A DNA stretch of 64,000 nt, from NCBI RefSeq assembly GCF_006345805.1, contig NC_042999.1:117676001-117740000 (forward strand), written 5' to 3'. The position numbers and the translations under genes are program-made. This document shows, one piece after another, positions 50,936-64,000 of this stretch; the first letter of the stretch is position 1, and every line of letters starts with the position of its first letter. The notes under the pieces were generated by a model, which saw only the letters and a program-made list of their open reading frames with translations, made no database searches and was not told where the DNA came from. Origin of the DNA: Octopus sinensis. Its lineage: Eukaryota.

Positions 50936-51159
50936 ATATATATATATAATCTTTACATAATTAACTATTAGGTGGTCACTATAAAGACCACTCAAACCAC
51001 TAGGCCTATATATATATATGTGTGTAAGAAGTAATTAAGGTTCAGTTGCATTAGGTACTTAAGTTGAAGCATCAAGCCAATCTGGTATTATCCGCACAGC
51101 TCGAAGTAAGGTGAATAAGATCAAAATAAGTGACAGGATGTTAAGTAATAGGATATCAA

Positions 51160-51243
51160 ACAGTACGACCGTTTCCAGCTGCTCCCTATAACTTAACAAC
51201 GTAATTATTACATCAATTTAAATACAACACAGTCTTCAGCTGC
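51160..51243 (-). ncRNA. Hammerhead motif with weakened stem II
   Basis: Minus strand: GCAG-CTGAAGA-CTG...CAGCTG-GAAA-C-GGTC-G-TA-CTGT. Core and helix III intact; stem II register imperfect. Confidence 0.55.
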
Positions 51244-53461
51244 AAGAAATGGATTTTCAACAGACAAGATATATTAATATATTTTTTCTTAAATATTTTA
51301 ACTGAGCAAGAAGACGAAAGAATTTCATGTTGTCACTATTTCAGCAAGAATAGCTAAGAGAAGAACAAACTAGAATTTTTAGAGTGGCATGGAACACTGG
51401 GGGTCATGAAGTTGCAATTAATTTCTAATTTATCTATCTCCTTACCATTGACAAAAACTAAAATTAGAAGACTGCGTTTATTTAGAATAAAGAGCAAAGT
51501 GAGTTGATAGCTCATAGCTGGTTTATAACCTGTAGGTTATAAATTTCATACTGTCACAAGTATCCCTCGTCCCACAAGAAAAAGAAACAAAACTTTAGAA
51601 AGAGTCGGTTTGATAGGAGTAAATGTCTATAAAAGAGGTAGGTAGGGGTGACATCAATTCAGGGCGTTGCTACCAGTTAAAGTGGGGCATACACTATGAA
51701 ACTTAGGGTGCTACAATGAAATCCTGGAAAATATTAGTGGCTCAGGGGGAGAACGTTTATAAACAAATATTATTATGTTGCATAAGAATAGAAATTTTTC
51801 AAAAATTCTAGAAAAGGGATATCCTAACCAGGTTAGCCAAGAGGGATATATGAATAAATTTAAACATTAAATAGAAGATAACTATTATGTAAAATCAAAT
51901 TAATACTTCATCTTTACATAATTAGTCATGTTTACATAATTAGTTATAAAGACCACTGAAACCACTTACATATGGAATTTATCTGGAAAAATATGCATAC
52001 TATATATTGAGTAAAAGTAAGGAATCAGAAGCAGGATAATAAGATAAATGATAATATATAGACATAATTAAATATAAGTATACAAAAAAAAATTCTAGCA
52101 ACTATGAAAATTATGTACTGATATAAGTAGATGTAATATTATAAAAATGTTGCATTCAGAGACATGTACAAAATCGTATTTGTATATAAATACGTTTATA
52201 TAAAGAATATAGTATAATTATATAGTGTAAATTATAAGTAACTGAAAAACTATCAATTCAAAAACATATTTAGTCACATATTTATCTGCATCCGTGCGGA
52301 GAGGAGATGCAACATGCGCCACGATTCATAGAATGCTATACCAGTATATGCGAAGTTAAATGGGAATGCAAAATATAAAATTCAATACCATACAAAATTT
52401 AACAATATAAATGTAAAACATAAAGGATAAGAGATTAATAAGGGAAACATGTCAAAATAAGAAATCAAAATAATGAGAATTAATAGAAAATAATGAGAAA
52501 TATATATAAAGATGGGATAAAAATTAAAAGCAGGAAAAGATTCAGGTAAGCTAAAGAGGGTAATAGGTATAGAAATAATGAGAACAGTTTAAGGTATTCA
52601 TACCGAAGTGGCTTTATAAGTTATAATATTACAGGTGCTAATGTATGTATGATTGTATAGTTTGTAGGGGGTATAAGGTTTAGTCAAGCGTGACTTACTA
52701 TCTCAAAATCACTGCAAATATACTTAATATGACTGATAGGGTAGAAATTTATAGCAGGAAAGAATAGTGTAATTACCAAATAGGATGAAGTCAGACTAAC
52801 TAGGTAGGGGTTACCATAGGGTAATATTACAGATGATACATCACATAAAATCATACATAGCATATAATATATGTAATGAAACATAATATACTATATAATA
52901 TCCTATATGAAAGGGTAAGTTATAGAGGATACAACGCCTGAAGTTAATTTCCACCACCAAATCCAAAGTATGATAAATATAATATTATTAGTTTTGAAAA
53001 TACTTAAATGTGCGGCTGATGCTATGCATATATGATACCCTTTCGTATAATCTATTATTAATAAAGTTGTTCATGTCTCTTTATTAAAAATCTCATAAAT
53101 TTCTATTGAACAAAGCTCACTTCCATATCTACTATTTCTATGAGGCTGCGCCCTCTGTATCATATCCCATTTGAGGTTATATCTAGTCCCACTTTCCTTA
53201 AGTTCCCAGATCTTACTAGAGAAAGACGTACCATTAGCTTTATGTCTAAGTCTAAACGATGAAAGATGGTTATTAATAGATTTTTTTCATATTTATCGAA
53301 CACCCTATACAGATAAAACTATCAGTTTCAGTCACAATTGTACATCTTTAAAATGCGTTTTGGATTAAACAGCGACCTGGCAGGGGAATTTTACTCTACA
53401 ATTGCAACCGGGAGCATTATTGCTATTAATATTATTGTTATTCCTATCATTGTTATTAGTA

Positions 53462-53462
53462 T

Positions 53463-53529
<67 letters not shown>
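53462..53529. repeat. (CTA)n microsatellite
   Basis: Direct inspection. Confidence 0.95.
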
Positions 53530-53530
<1 letters not shown>

Positions 53531-53751
53531 TAATTATTACCAGTATTTTTATTACTAATATTATTATTTCCTTCAAGTTTAGTTTCATTTAAATTCCTTG
53601 TAGCACGACTAAGTACTGCGTCAGTAATAAGTGGGCTAGTATAAACATCGGAATTACATTTTATATTATACATATTAGATATATTAGATATATTAGCTCT
53701 GTTCTAGATTCCCATATATCCATTATTGTTATTATTATTATTATTATTATT

Positions 53752-55576
53752 CAGTAGTTTTATTTTTATAGCCTGCTTTCACTTCACTACCGAGCGCAGC
53801 TCTGTGTGCCTTGGGTATGTGCTGGGATTTGTTGTGATGCTCTGATGGTTATTGTATGGAAAGTGTTCTGCGTAGGATGTGTGCAGTGCCTAGTAATGCA
53901 ATTTTCTGTATGTTATATGTGTTTGTAAGTCCTGGTGTTTTTGTTATGTATTTGTCTGAATATTTTTTATCATGCCTAATGCACCTACTATGATAGGAAT
54001 TGTTTCTGTTTTCAGGTTCCACATTCTAGTTACCTCTATTTCCAGGTCTTTGTATTTTGAGTTTTTCCATTTCTTTTAGAGACACGTTGTCATCTGCCGG
54101 TATTGATACATCAATTAGAAAGCATTTTTTTTCTTCATGATCTCTGACAACTATATCTGGTCTGTTGGCCTTAATTTCTCTATCTGTGTGTATCGGCATA
54201 TCCCAGAGTATGGTTGCTTTCTCGTTTTCTGTGACCTTTTCTGGTGTGTGCCTATACCATCTTTTTTCTGTTGTTATTCCATAATGTTGGCATAGCTTCC
54301 AATGTATGTAGGTTCCAACTCTGTCATGTCTGTGAATATATTCCTTCTTATCCAGGACTGGGCAGCTAGAGATAATATGATTTATTGTTTCCTGTCCATC
54401 TCCACATATTCTGCAGTTACTTGTAATATTTCTTTTCATTACATGTTTTTGGTAATTTCTGGTGGGGAGGCTTTGGTCTTGTGCTGCAATTAAAAATCCC
54501 TCTGTTTCTGCTTTGAGTCCTGAGCTTCTTAACCATTGCTGTGATTTTTCTTTGTCTATTTCTTTTCCGTTTAGTTTAGTGCAGTATTTACCATGAAGGG
54601 GCTTTTCTTGCCATCGTTTTATCATGGTTCGTTGCTGTTCTATTTTTAGTTTGGATTTCATTTGTTTTATAGCTTTTGTTGTTTCTTCATCATCTTCTTC
54701 TTCTTCTTCGTGTTTATTAGGTGGTATGATTTCTTGTTCGTATTTGTCAGCTTCCTTAAATACTGAGAATAGTTTTTTTGTTTTGGTCGTGTTTTGCTGC
54801 TATCTGGATCAGTTTTCCTTCCTTCTGAAGTAGGTATTTTTGCAGTCCTATGGTGTTTATTTTATAGTAGTTTTCCAGCTGTATAAGGCCTCTACCACCT
54901 TCTATACGTTGTATATATAGTCTTTCTATGTCAGATTTTGGGTGATGCATCCTAGATCCTGTCAGTATTTTTCTTGTTTTCCTATCTATTTTGGACAGTT
55001 CATTTCGTGTCCAGTTAAGGATATTGTAGCTGTAACTTATAACTGGGACACCTAAAGTGTTGATACCTATTATCTTGCTTTTAGCATTGAGCTCTGTTTT
55101 TAGTATTGATCTAACTCGTCTATAATATTCTTTTTTTATTTTCTCTCTCATTTGTGTGTGTTGTGTCTTATCTAGTTCATGGATTCCTAAGTATTTGTAA
55201 GTTTGGCTTTGGTCTAATTCTTTTATTTCATTGGTTTTATCTAGTGTGATGTTGCTACTCTTAACTAGTTTTCCTCTTTTCATGGTTACTTTGGCGCATT
55301 TTTCTAATCCAAATTTCATATCTATTTCTTTGGTAAATCCATGAACTGTCTTTAATAGTGTTTCCAGCTGTTTGTCATTTGCAGCGTATAGTTTTAGGTC
55401 ATCCATATATAAAAGGTGGCTGATCGTTTTGCCGTAACATTTATATCCGCATCCAGTTCTATTTAGCATATCAGACAGAGGTGACAGTGCCAAGCAGAAA
55501 AGGAGTGGAGAGAGCGTGTCTCCCTGGAATATTCCTCTTCTAATGGGGATGTCTTTGGTTTTCATGAGTCCCTCTT
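53752..55576 (-). mobile_element. 5'-truncated R4/Dong copy 2
   Basis: Highly similar to the 3' 1.8 kb of copy 1 with the same 3' terminus; small frameshifts; (TAA)n on both sides. Confidence 0.95.
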
Positions 55577-55733
<157 letters not shown>

Positions 55734-56118
55734 TCTCTCTCTATATAAACGGCAGTTTGTCTGTGCGTGTTTCTGTGTGTCTGTTTGCTTGTACCCTCAC
55801 CCTGACCACGGCTTTCAACCGATTCTGATGAAACTTGACACACACATAGCCCAATGTCATAATTCAAAACTAACGCAGCGAAAATTTTGAAAAGTTCCCC
55901 CAGTTCTGAAAAAATTCGATAAATTCGACATGGGGTCGAGAATCAGAAACACGAACCACAAACTGTCTAGGGGACGCAACTCCACCTTTTTAAAATCTCA
56001 AATAAAAATTTACCATCATTTTTTTCCATTTTATTGCTATTTTTTGGCCATAACTCTCTAAAAATGCTTTATAGTTATTTCTCTTACAAACCTGAGCAAC
56101 GCCGGGCGATACTGCTAG
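55734..56118 (+). mobile_element. Non-autonomous Helitron, copy 3 (different interior)
   Basis: A|TC start, GAGCAACGCCGGGCGATACTGCTAG|T end shared with copies 1 and 2. Confidence 0.8.
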
Positions 56119-58966
56119 TAATACAATATATTTTATTATAATACTAGAGAATACTAGTATCATTATCAATTCCTCTTCTTAATTTTATATTCCTTCTATT
56201 AAACCTGGCTTTGATGGTACCTATATTGGGGAAAGTATAATACGAGATTCTGATTGTCTTATGGCAAAATATTCTATTATATCTACGGGATGTAGGGAAG
56301 CTTTTACCTAAAATTGCCATAAATTTGTTATATATGTTAGTAGATATAGCACAGTTGAAGGGAACATGTAGTTGAAGAAAGTGCTCATTTAGAAAGACTA
56401 CTGATAATGAAAATATATCAATAGAGATTACAGCTGTGCACAACAGCAAACACACAAACATTACAAAATATGGAAACAACAAAGCAATTATTTAAAAAAC
56501 ACAGAGTGAATTTGAGGTTTGAAAGTAGATTAGCTTATTGCAAACTACTATAACACATGTTTAACTATAAAATACTCAAACATGTTGGATATATAAATCT
56601 CTAGAGAGAGGGAAAGGTAACAGTCACCAGTAAGAATTCGACTTGCATGTACCATTTCCTGGACTCTCCACATATTACGAAGTGACAAGGCATTAATACC
56701 ATTTTAAAACTACCATACAAATTGCCATGAATTACAAATTTCATCATAAAGTACATACATATATTCTTTATTCATTATCTCTTATTACTTATATATTTTT
56801 CTTCATTTCTACCAGTTTAAGCATTAGCCTACACCCTGTATATCTTTATATCTTCTTTCACATGACATCAATAGAGACTACAGCCATGAGCAACAGGAAT
56901 ACTTTTTTTATTTACACATCATAAGTAACAAGAGGATAGAATTAGACAATTGCCATCATATAGTAAATATGCTTCATTCTTTCATCATTCATTTAAAATT
57001 TATTTCAAAATTTTCTTTGCATTTCTTTATTATACTGTTAAATTAACCATCAACTATTCATATACAGAATGGAAACTAAGAGACATGGTGTTAATACTAA
57101 TGCAACCATACATTTGTAACAGAAGGGATTAATGCGCCAGGCATCACAGATTTCAAATATATTTCCTCAATTCACCATTTTATATATAAGAGTCTACAGT
57201 CATCATTTTCATTTTCGCATCCATATTCACAAATAAACCTTCTTTTCAGATAGTACCAACACTAAAAACAAAAGAATCAACACACATTCAAGGAGAACTA
57301 TTCCTTCAGAAATGTTTTCATTTCCTAATAATTTAGACCAATTAATACGATTTCAAATGTATAGTGAAGGACAAATAACATTCTACTAGGCAATAGACTG
57401 GATTCCAGATATTTTGAATATATTTGTTATTAATTCATTGTGCATTAAATAATACATCCATATTTTCTGTTCATTAAAATACTACCAACTTTATTTCTTT
57501 CATATTCCTATACGACAAAATACTAATGTCTTAACACATTACTGCCAAGAATAACAGATGAGGCTTCTATTATAACATAGACATTTGTATAGACTTCTTT
57601 ATTCAAGTAAGTATTCTTCACTTCTTACATTTCTGTAGGCAACAGAAAATATATATAATTCTCCTAAATGACATTACAGACAGATATAAGATAGAAGAAC
57701 AACTTCATTGATAAAGTTAATTTTTCAACTTTTCTGTCTACATCTATAATGTCTCTTTTCCTTCATTTATTGTCCTCACAGAAATATAGACAAATTATGC
57801 ATAAAATATTGGATGATGCAGTAAATACACTACCCTGTAATGATATCAACATTACAAAACCATAAACCAAATCAGAAAAACACCATAACATATGAACTAT
57901 ATATCAATTCAGGAATAATGGATAACAAAATCCACATAAATATAACATTGTTTTCACTCATTTCAAATTCAATTACATCTTATCCATTTATAAGCTCTTT
58001 CAGATGGTAAACCTATAAGTACCAGATAAAATTACCTATGATCAACTAGAGCCCAAGCCGCAGCACATATCCAGACAGTTACTCACTCATGTAAATACCA
58101 TTCATCTCTTCTAGGTCAGTTATGATTTCTAATATTCTTACATTTCATTTCTACAATTCCATTAATTCATTACCCTTCTTTCCCTAACAGTCAATGACAC
58201 TTATAGGTAGTAAATACATATTTCATAACTTACTTGAAGGAAACTAATGCATATTAATACAAGCTATTTAGCAGCAACAATCTGAATACATGACCAGTAA
58301 TGGCACAAAGAAAAACAACTGCCACACATATTCTTACACTTGATTAATATTTTCTAGATCATTTTTACACTTAATCTCCATTAAAAATATTAAATTGAGA
58401 CATAAATTGTTCCCCAACACTCATTAACTGTTGTAGACAGTGTATGAATACGTCTTAAAAATATGAATATCAATAAAAATTAAACCCATTAACACAAAAA
58501 AATTATGAATAAATCATGCATTAATTGCAGAAGCACTACAATATTTAAACAAAAGAAACTCTGCAAACAGCAAAAATAAATTAAAGCTTATTTTTGTTGA
58601 ATAATCTATAAGTCTTCATAATGAACAGCACATTCTTTTAAACAACCCAGAAGACAAAATCACAAACATTTATAAATAACATTGTAAAGAGAACTAAAAT
58701 CATCTTAGCAGAAGGACATACAACATCAAACCCCCAAAGCTCTTCATATATGGAGTACAGTAAGGTGAATATCATCCTTTCTTTGCTGCCTTGGTGATAT
58801 TTTCCTATTTTCAGGTAGCTTACAGGCTTCAGATACTCTATACATACTACACTTTATTGAATATTATTCCCCATGCATTCTGTATGTATACTTATGTATA
58901 TATATTTCACAACTATATTATTACAATGTAAAATACACTATCTTAAAGATATTGTGTTCGCACTAG

Positions 58967-59025
<59 letters not shown>

Positions 59026-59060
59026 ATATATATATATATTATATATATATATAATATATA

Positions 59061-59864
59061 TATATATACTCTTACTCTTTTACTAATTTCAGCCATGTGG
59101 CTGTGGTCATGCTGGAGCACCGCCATGCTCTTTCTGACTTCTTCAGTCTGGATGTTTCACATCACCACTCCTGTATGTGTCTTTGTCCCAGCTGTTGGTA
59201 CATATGGTATATAATGGAGTTTCATTCCGTTACCTTCGTCTGTACCTCATGTCAGGCAGTTGGTACATCCAGTATTGTGGAGAGGAGGATGTCTAGTTCC
59301 TTTTTGAAGACATCGACTTCCACCTTAAGCAAATTTCTTAATTTTTTTTGACAGGACATTGAATAGCTGTGGGCCTTTGAACCCTAGACTATTGCAATTC
59401 CTGGTCCTGAATTTAGATTCAGTGGATGGTACTTTGGTACAATGCAATGGCGTCCAGTTCTGACATTTGTAAAACTCTCAATGCCAAAGTTAGGTACTAG
59501 CCCCTATAAGATTTTCCACATGTATATTATTGCATATCTCTCACGTCTTTGCTCCAGGGAGTAAAGCTGTAGTTTTCTCAGCCTATCCCTGTAGCTAATC
59601 CGCTGTACTGTTTCAAGTTTTTTAGTGTAGTGGTGTTGGATTGCTTCAAGCTCTGCTGTTAGTTTGGCACTATGTGGTGAACATAACTGGGAGCAGCAGT
59701 CCAGGCAGCTGAGAACAAAGGTACACCACAGGGTCAACATAATTTCTTGGTCTCTTGTCTTAAAGGATCTCAGTATCCATCCTGCCAGTTGTCTGCACTT
59801 TGCTGCCATCTTGCTTATGTGCATATGAAATGATGCATCATTGCACATACTGATCCCCAAGTCC
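59061..59864 (-). mobile_element. 5'-truncated CR1-type LINE fragment
   Basis: DLGISMCNDASF..CRQLAGWILRSFKTR..SCLDCCSQLCSP..LEQRRERYAIIYMWKIL, colinear with 17360-17700; tail shared with SINE B. Confidence 0.9.
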
Positions 59865-60720
59865 TAGATGTTTCCCTTATGTATGTCATGTTCATGTCTT
59901 TACAAGCACCTTCTATGCATCTTATGCTGTAGGCTACATTTCTAGTTCTACAGTTAATGCCAGGGTTAATCCTACATACCATGCAGTAAACATTGGTGCA
60001 TATGGTATTCTCAAAGCGGTAGTCCTACATAGTTGTGATCTGATGAAGTTCCCTGGTTTTCCAACAACCTTAATGTTGAGTTTGGTCTCCTTCAGAGCTT
60101 TCCTAAATCTACGGGCTGTGACCTGTACAAACATCATTCCTTGATATTTGTCGGTTTTATACTACATATCACTCTGTTTGCTTTGTCACAAGCTCTTTGT
60201 ATTCTATTCCAGTCTTTGCTTCTATATCTAGGGCAGGTACCACTGGTTTCATTACATATAATGTTATCTAACTTCTTTCCAGCACCCCTGTATACTCGAA
60301 CCATATCGTTCTGTTCATATCCAGAGAACTGCATGCAGTGCATGAAGTTATGTACATGTTTCTTCGTTTCATAGGGTTTGCATAGTGGGGATATATTGTT
60401 CATTATCTTAACTAAGTCTGCTATCAGTATGTTAATTTTCATGTTGTGTGACAAAGCTGAGTTCTTGTGGACAACATATTTGGAAGCTATGGGTTTCATG
60501 TAATAGGAGTGGAGGAGCTGCACTCTGTTGGTCATTCTCTAAGCAAAGTTCAGTATCAAGGACGAAGAGTCTACCGTTGGGGTACCTAGTGCGGGTAATC
60601 TATAGTCACCTTGATACTTTGATGGATGTAGATAACTACTTGCTGGATGTTCCCCATTATGTTTCTCTCGGTTTCTACATTACTGTTACTAGAGTTGGTC
60701 TTAACTAGGATATTAATGTT
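59862..60720 (-). pseudogene. Fragment of a second, unrelated Penelope-like element (RT thumb to GIY-YIG)
   Basis: KVTIDYP / NGRL.VLDTEL, YMKPIASKYVVHKNSAL, FSGY, KVVGKPG, YSIRC..C..YIRETSR. Confidence 0.65.
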
Positions 60721-61639
60721 TCGGCGTGTACGTGAATGATTGTGTTTTAAGTCTTATATTGTTTATTATGCTTCCTTTTTTTTATATCCTGGTATGAAAT
60801 CTTTGCGCTTTGTTTCAGACAGCAATGTTCTTCACAGACTCATCTCCTGAATGGTGTAGTGTTGATGCGTTTTTATAGTAAACGAGGCCAATGTGACTGG
60901 GACAAAGGCTATCGACGGTATTTCAGTTTTTTATTGCTAATTTTTAAACATCATCTACCAAATGCTATATGATTAAAAATAACATCAGTAATTTTTCATG
61001 TTTGTAAAGAATTCCCTTAAGGTTTTTGAATACGCGTTATCCATTGCATTTCGCTTTATTTTGTCGATTTTGAACATAAATGTTCTCTTCTGGAAGAGAA
61101 CCAAGAGGCTATTCTAATTGCGATATTACTTCTGATAGCTTATATCTCTGTGGACGTTCATTGTCTAAGTAGAGATATATTTATTTGTATTTAGTGTGAA
61201 CGGACGTGAAGTAACTGTAATTTTCTCTCTGATTGTTTTTGTTTTTGTCTAAAAACAGTGTCCTTCTAAACTAAAGCATTCAAAAAAAAAAAAAGCAATG
61301 AATCGCGTTCGTTTACACCTATGACACAAACACCTACGCTCAGATGGAAAACAGCGAGTCTCCACACACATTAAAAATGTTTGTTGCAATACCCCTATTT
61401 AGACGACCATTTAAATTCTCAACAATCTCTTCACCAAACAAAGAAAATTTATTGAATGAAAAAGAAAGAAAAAACATTTATTAACAACGGGTATTACGCC
61501 AAAGTAATAAATCAAGTGCTATACAGCATTCCCTCAAAAGTAAACGATTTATAATTGATGAAATTCTCATAACACAGTCAAAGACTGAAATAAGTGCAGA
61601 CATGAGGCATTAATCAACCTACACACATAATGATGATGC

Positions 61640-61653
61640 TGACTATAATAATG

Positions 61654-61723
<70 letters not shown>
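61640..61723. repeat. (TAA)n array
   Basis: Direct inspection. Confidence 0.97.
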
Positions 61724-64000
61724 GGGACGTTAAACATGTGAGAGCGATAAAACAGTACTCCGAAATCTATCCACAAACATCGAAAACAAAGACATCGTAT
61801 GGAGCCAAAAATTTACTAACAAAGGACTGGACTATATCCGAGTAAGTAATACTCATTGAAATTTATTACTATTTTCGAAACGAAATGATGTATTTTAACT
61901 CGATATCATCTCCACCTCTAACACAACACATGTAAACATGCGTGATACATTACGATCCATCAACACCAGATCATCCCCGACCCCAAACACCATGTACAAA
62001 AAAACTACGAAGAAATTAAATAACACCGATATTATTCAACTCAAGAATAACAATCGGGAAGTACGTACTTTAAACTTACAACACAAAATGTACGAAAATC
62101 TACACGTGCAAAACAATGTGACAACAGAAATGAACGGACCGGTACCCTTTGAAAATGACGACCGTCAAAATAATGGGCCGGACTTTGTTCCTCATGTCCC
62201 GCAAATAAAACCCAAAAGACATAAAAGGACACGTGAGGAATACATTTCTATCCTACACGCTTACTTCACAGTGCTCTACCCAAAAAATGAAAACACAACA
62301 ACACATACATATAAAATATGGAAGGAAAATAACATAAATATAGACTTGGATACAGCAACGAACCCTAATAAACTAGAAAACGTACAAAGATACATTCTCA
62401 ACGCAAAAAAAATATTAGAAATAGAAATAGAACATCTAAAAGAAAAAATACATCAGGAAAATGTAGATAGAAGCCACACAACAATGCCCAATAATATAAA
62501 TACTGAATTAGTAAAACACGAAGACAAACGTAACATTCCCAACAAACACGATGTAAACAAAAACAACAAACCCAGACCGTAAGGATGCATAATAATACAC
62601 GACAAACAGCAAGCCAAAACACGACAAACAAACATACGAACGTGAAAAAAAGTGACACAAATGTAAAACCTGGAAACAACGAAGGGAAGCCTAATGATTA
62701 TGATACTATAAAGAGTAGAATAATCAAAGAACTGAAAAACACAGATCTCAAGATGGACCACCGATCATACCTCCCAAAAATCAAAATAGACGAAACACAG
62801 CATCAATTATAAACAGCATAAACCTAGCCGTCACGGAACTAATAGCCACTGAAACAAAAAGCGATATCTCTGAGCTAAATGACTTAGTATACGCAGCAGC
62901 CACTGCAGCCACAAAACAAGCTGGATACTCACTCAAACCCATCCAAACAGGAGTACCACCACCCAAACAAACCCCGTGGATAAATAACATCCAAAACAAA
63001 ATACAAAAAATAAGAAAAGATCTGTCGATTCTTAATGAAGGCAGTAGACAATCAACGCTACTGAGCAACAAAAAGAAAACAAAAATACTCCGCAAATACA
63101 ACATCACAGAAAAAGATTTACCTGAGAAAAAAGAAAAACTAAAGCAAGATATCCTTGCCAAAGCACAAAGGATCCGCCGGTACGAGAAACGCCAGCGCTT
63201 CTTTGAACAAAACAAAAAGTTCAACTCCAACCCCAAAAAGTTCTACCAAGAACTTGGCAAAAATAAAATAGAAATCACTGCAGCACCAACGGCAGAAGAA
63301 GTGGAAGAATTCTGGAGAGAAATATGGTCAGCGAACGAACAACCAAAAAAAAAAGGAGTATTAAAACAACAAACTCGGAATCTGAGCAACTTTGGACCCC
63401 TATAACAACTGAAGAGGTCACCCAGGCACTGCAAAGACTAAGCAACTTCTGGTTGAAATATCTAACAGGAATGCACAAAAAGCTGGCTGAAAACCTTAAC
63501 AACGTACTAGCAGAGCCAGAGACAATGCCAGAATGGCTCACGAAGGGGAAAACCATCTTAATTCCCAAATCAAATGAAACAGCAAAACCAGAAAACTACA
63601 GACCTATAACCTGTCTCCCTACAATGTACAAGGCATTTACTGCAGAGATATCGCAAAGGTTGAACAAGCACCTGGACGAAAACAACCTGTTTCCAGAAGA
63701 GCAGAAAGGCTGCCGCAAAGGCCATAAAGATCAACTAATGATTAATAAAGCCATAACTGAAGATAGCCACAGAAAGAAGAAAGGCCTCAGTATGGCCTGG
63801 ATGGACTACAAAAAGGCGTTTGATAGCATCCACACATGGATCCTCGAAACACTAGCCATTAACAAAGTAGTACCAAGAATTATAAAATTCATAGGACACT
63901 CTATGAATAAATGGCAAACAGTGCTACAGCTCCAAACAAAAGAGGGACTCATGAAAACCAAAGCCATCTCCATTAGAAGAGGAATATTCCAGGGAGACAC
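61724..64000 (+). mobile_element. R4/Dong copy 3, 5' portion, runs off the window
   Basis: Colinear with copy 1 from the same 5' end into the RT (NYRPITCL, DYKKAFDS, RGIFQGD); stops and small deletions. Confidence 0.93.

Noticed and set aside
56212-56245. GTYIGES peptide resembling GIY-YIG
   Set aside because: Isolated motif with no flanking PLE similarity.

Overview
Eukaryotic, AT-rich, microsatellite-dense DNA with no confidently identifiable host gene. The SINE families and repeat landscape best fit an octopod cephalopod (inference from recognised repeat sequences). A large part of the window is retro- and DNA-transposon debris: five R4/Dong-clade REL-endonuclease LINE copies (the three young ones all sit in (TAA)n arrays), two CR1-type LINE fragments, two unrelated Penelope-like elements (PLEs), a Gypsy LTR+PBS+gag-protease remnant, a Tx1/L1 tail, non-autonomous Helitrons, mariner/Tc1 remnants and two tRNA-derived SINE families. 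The main result not visible in the ORF track is a set of six sequence-unrelated minimal type I hammerhead ribozyme motifs (64-114 +, 4477-4511 -, 5450-5545 -, 11881-11929 +, 48016-48093 +, 51160-51243 -), plus two decayed ones (4901-4951, 25981-26024). Most have a palindromic or near-palindromic helix III, consistent with cleavage as dimers. Several sit in short direct-repeat or fold-back units resembling retrozymes or PLE terminal repeats. All ribozyme activity claims are structural predictions made by eye and have not been tested.
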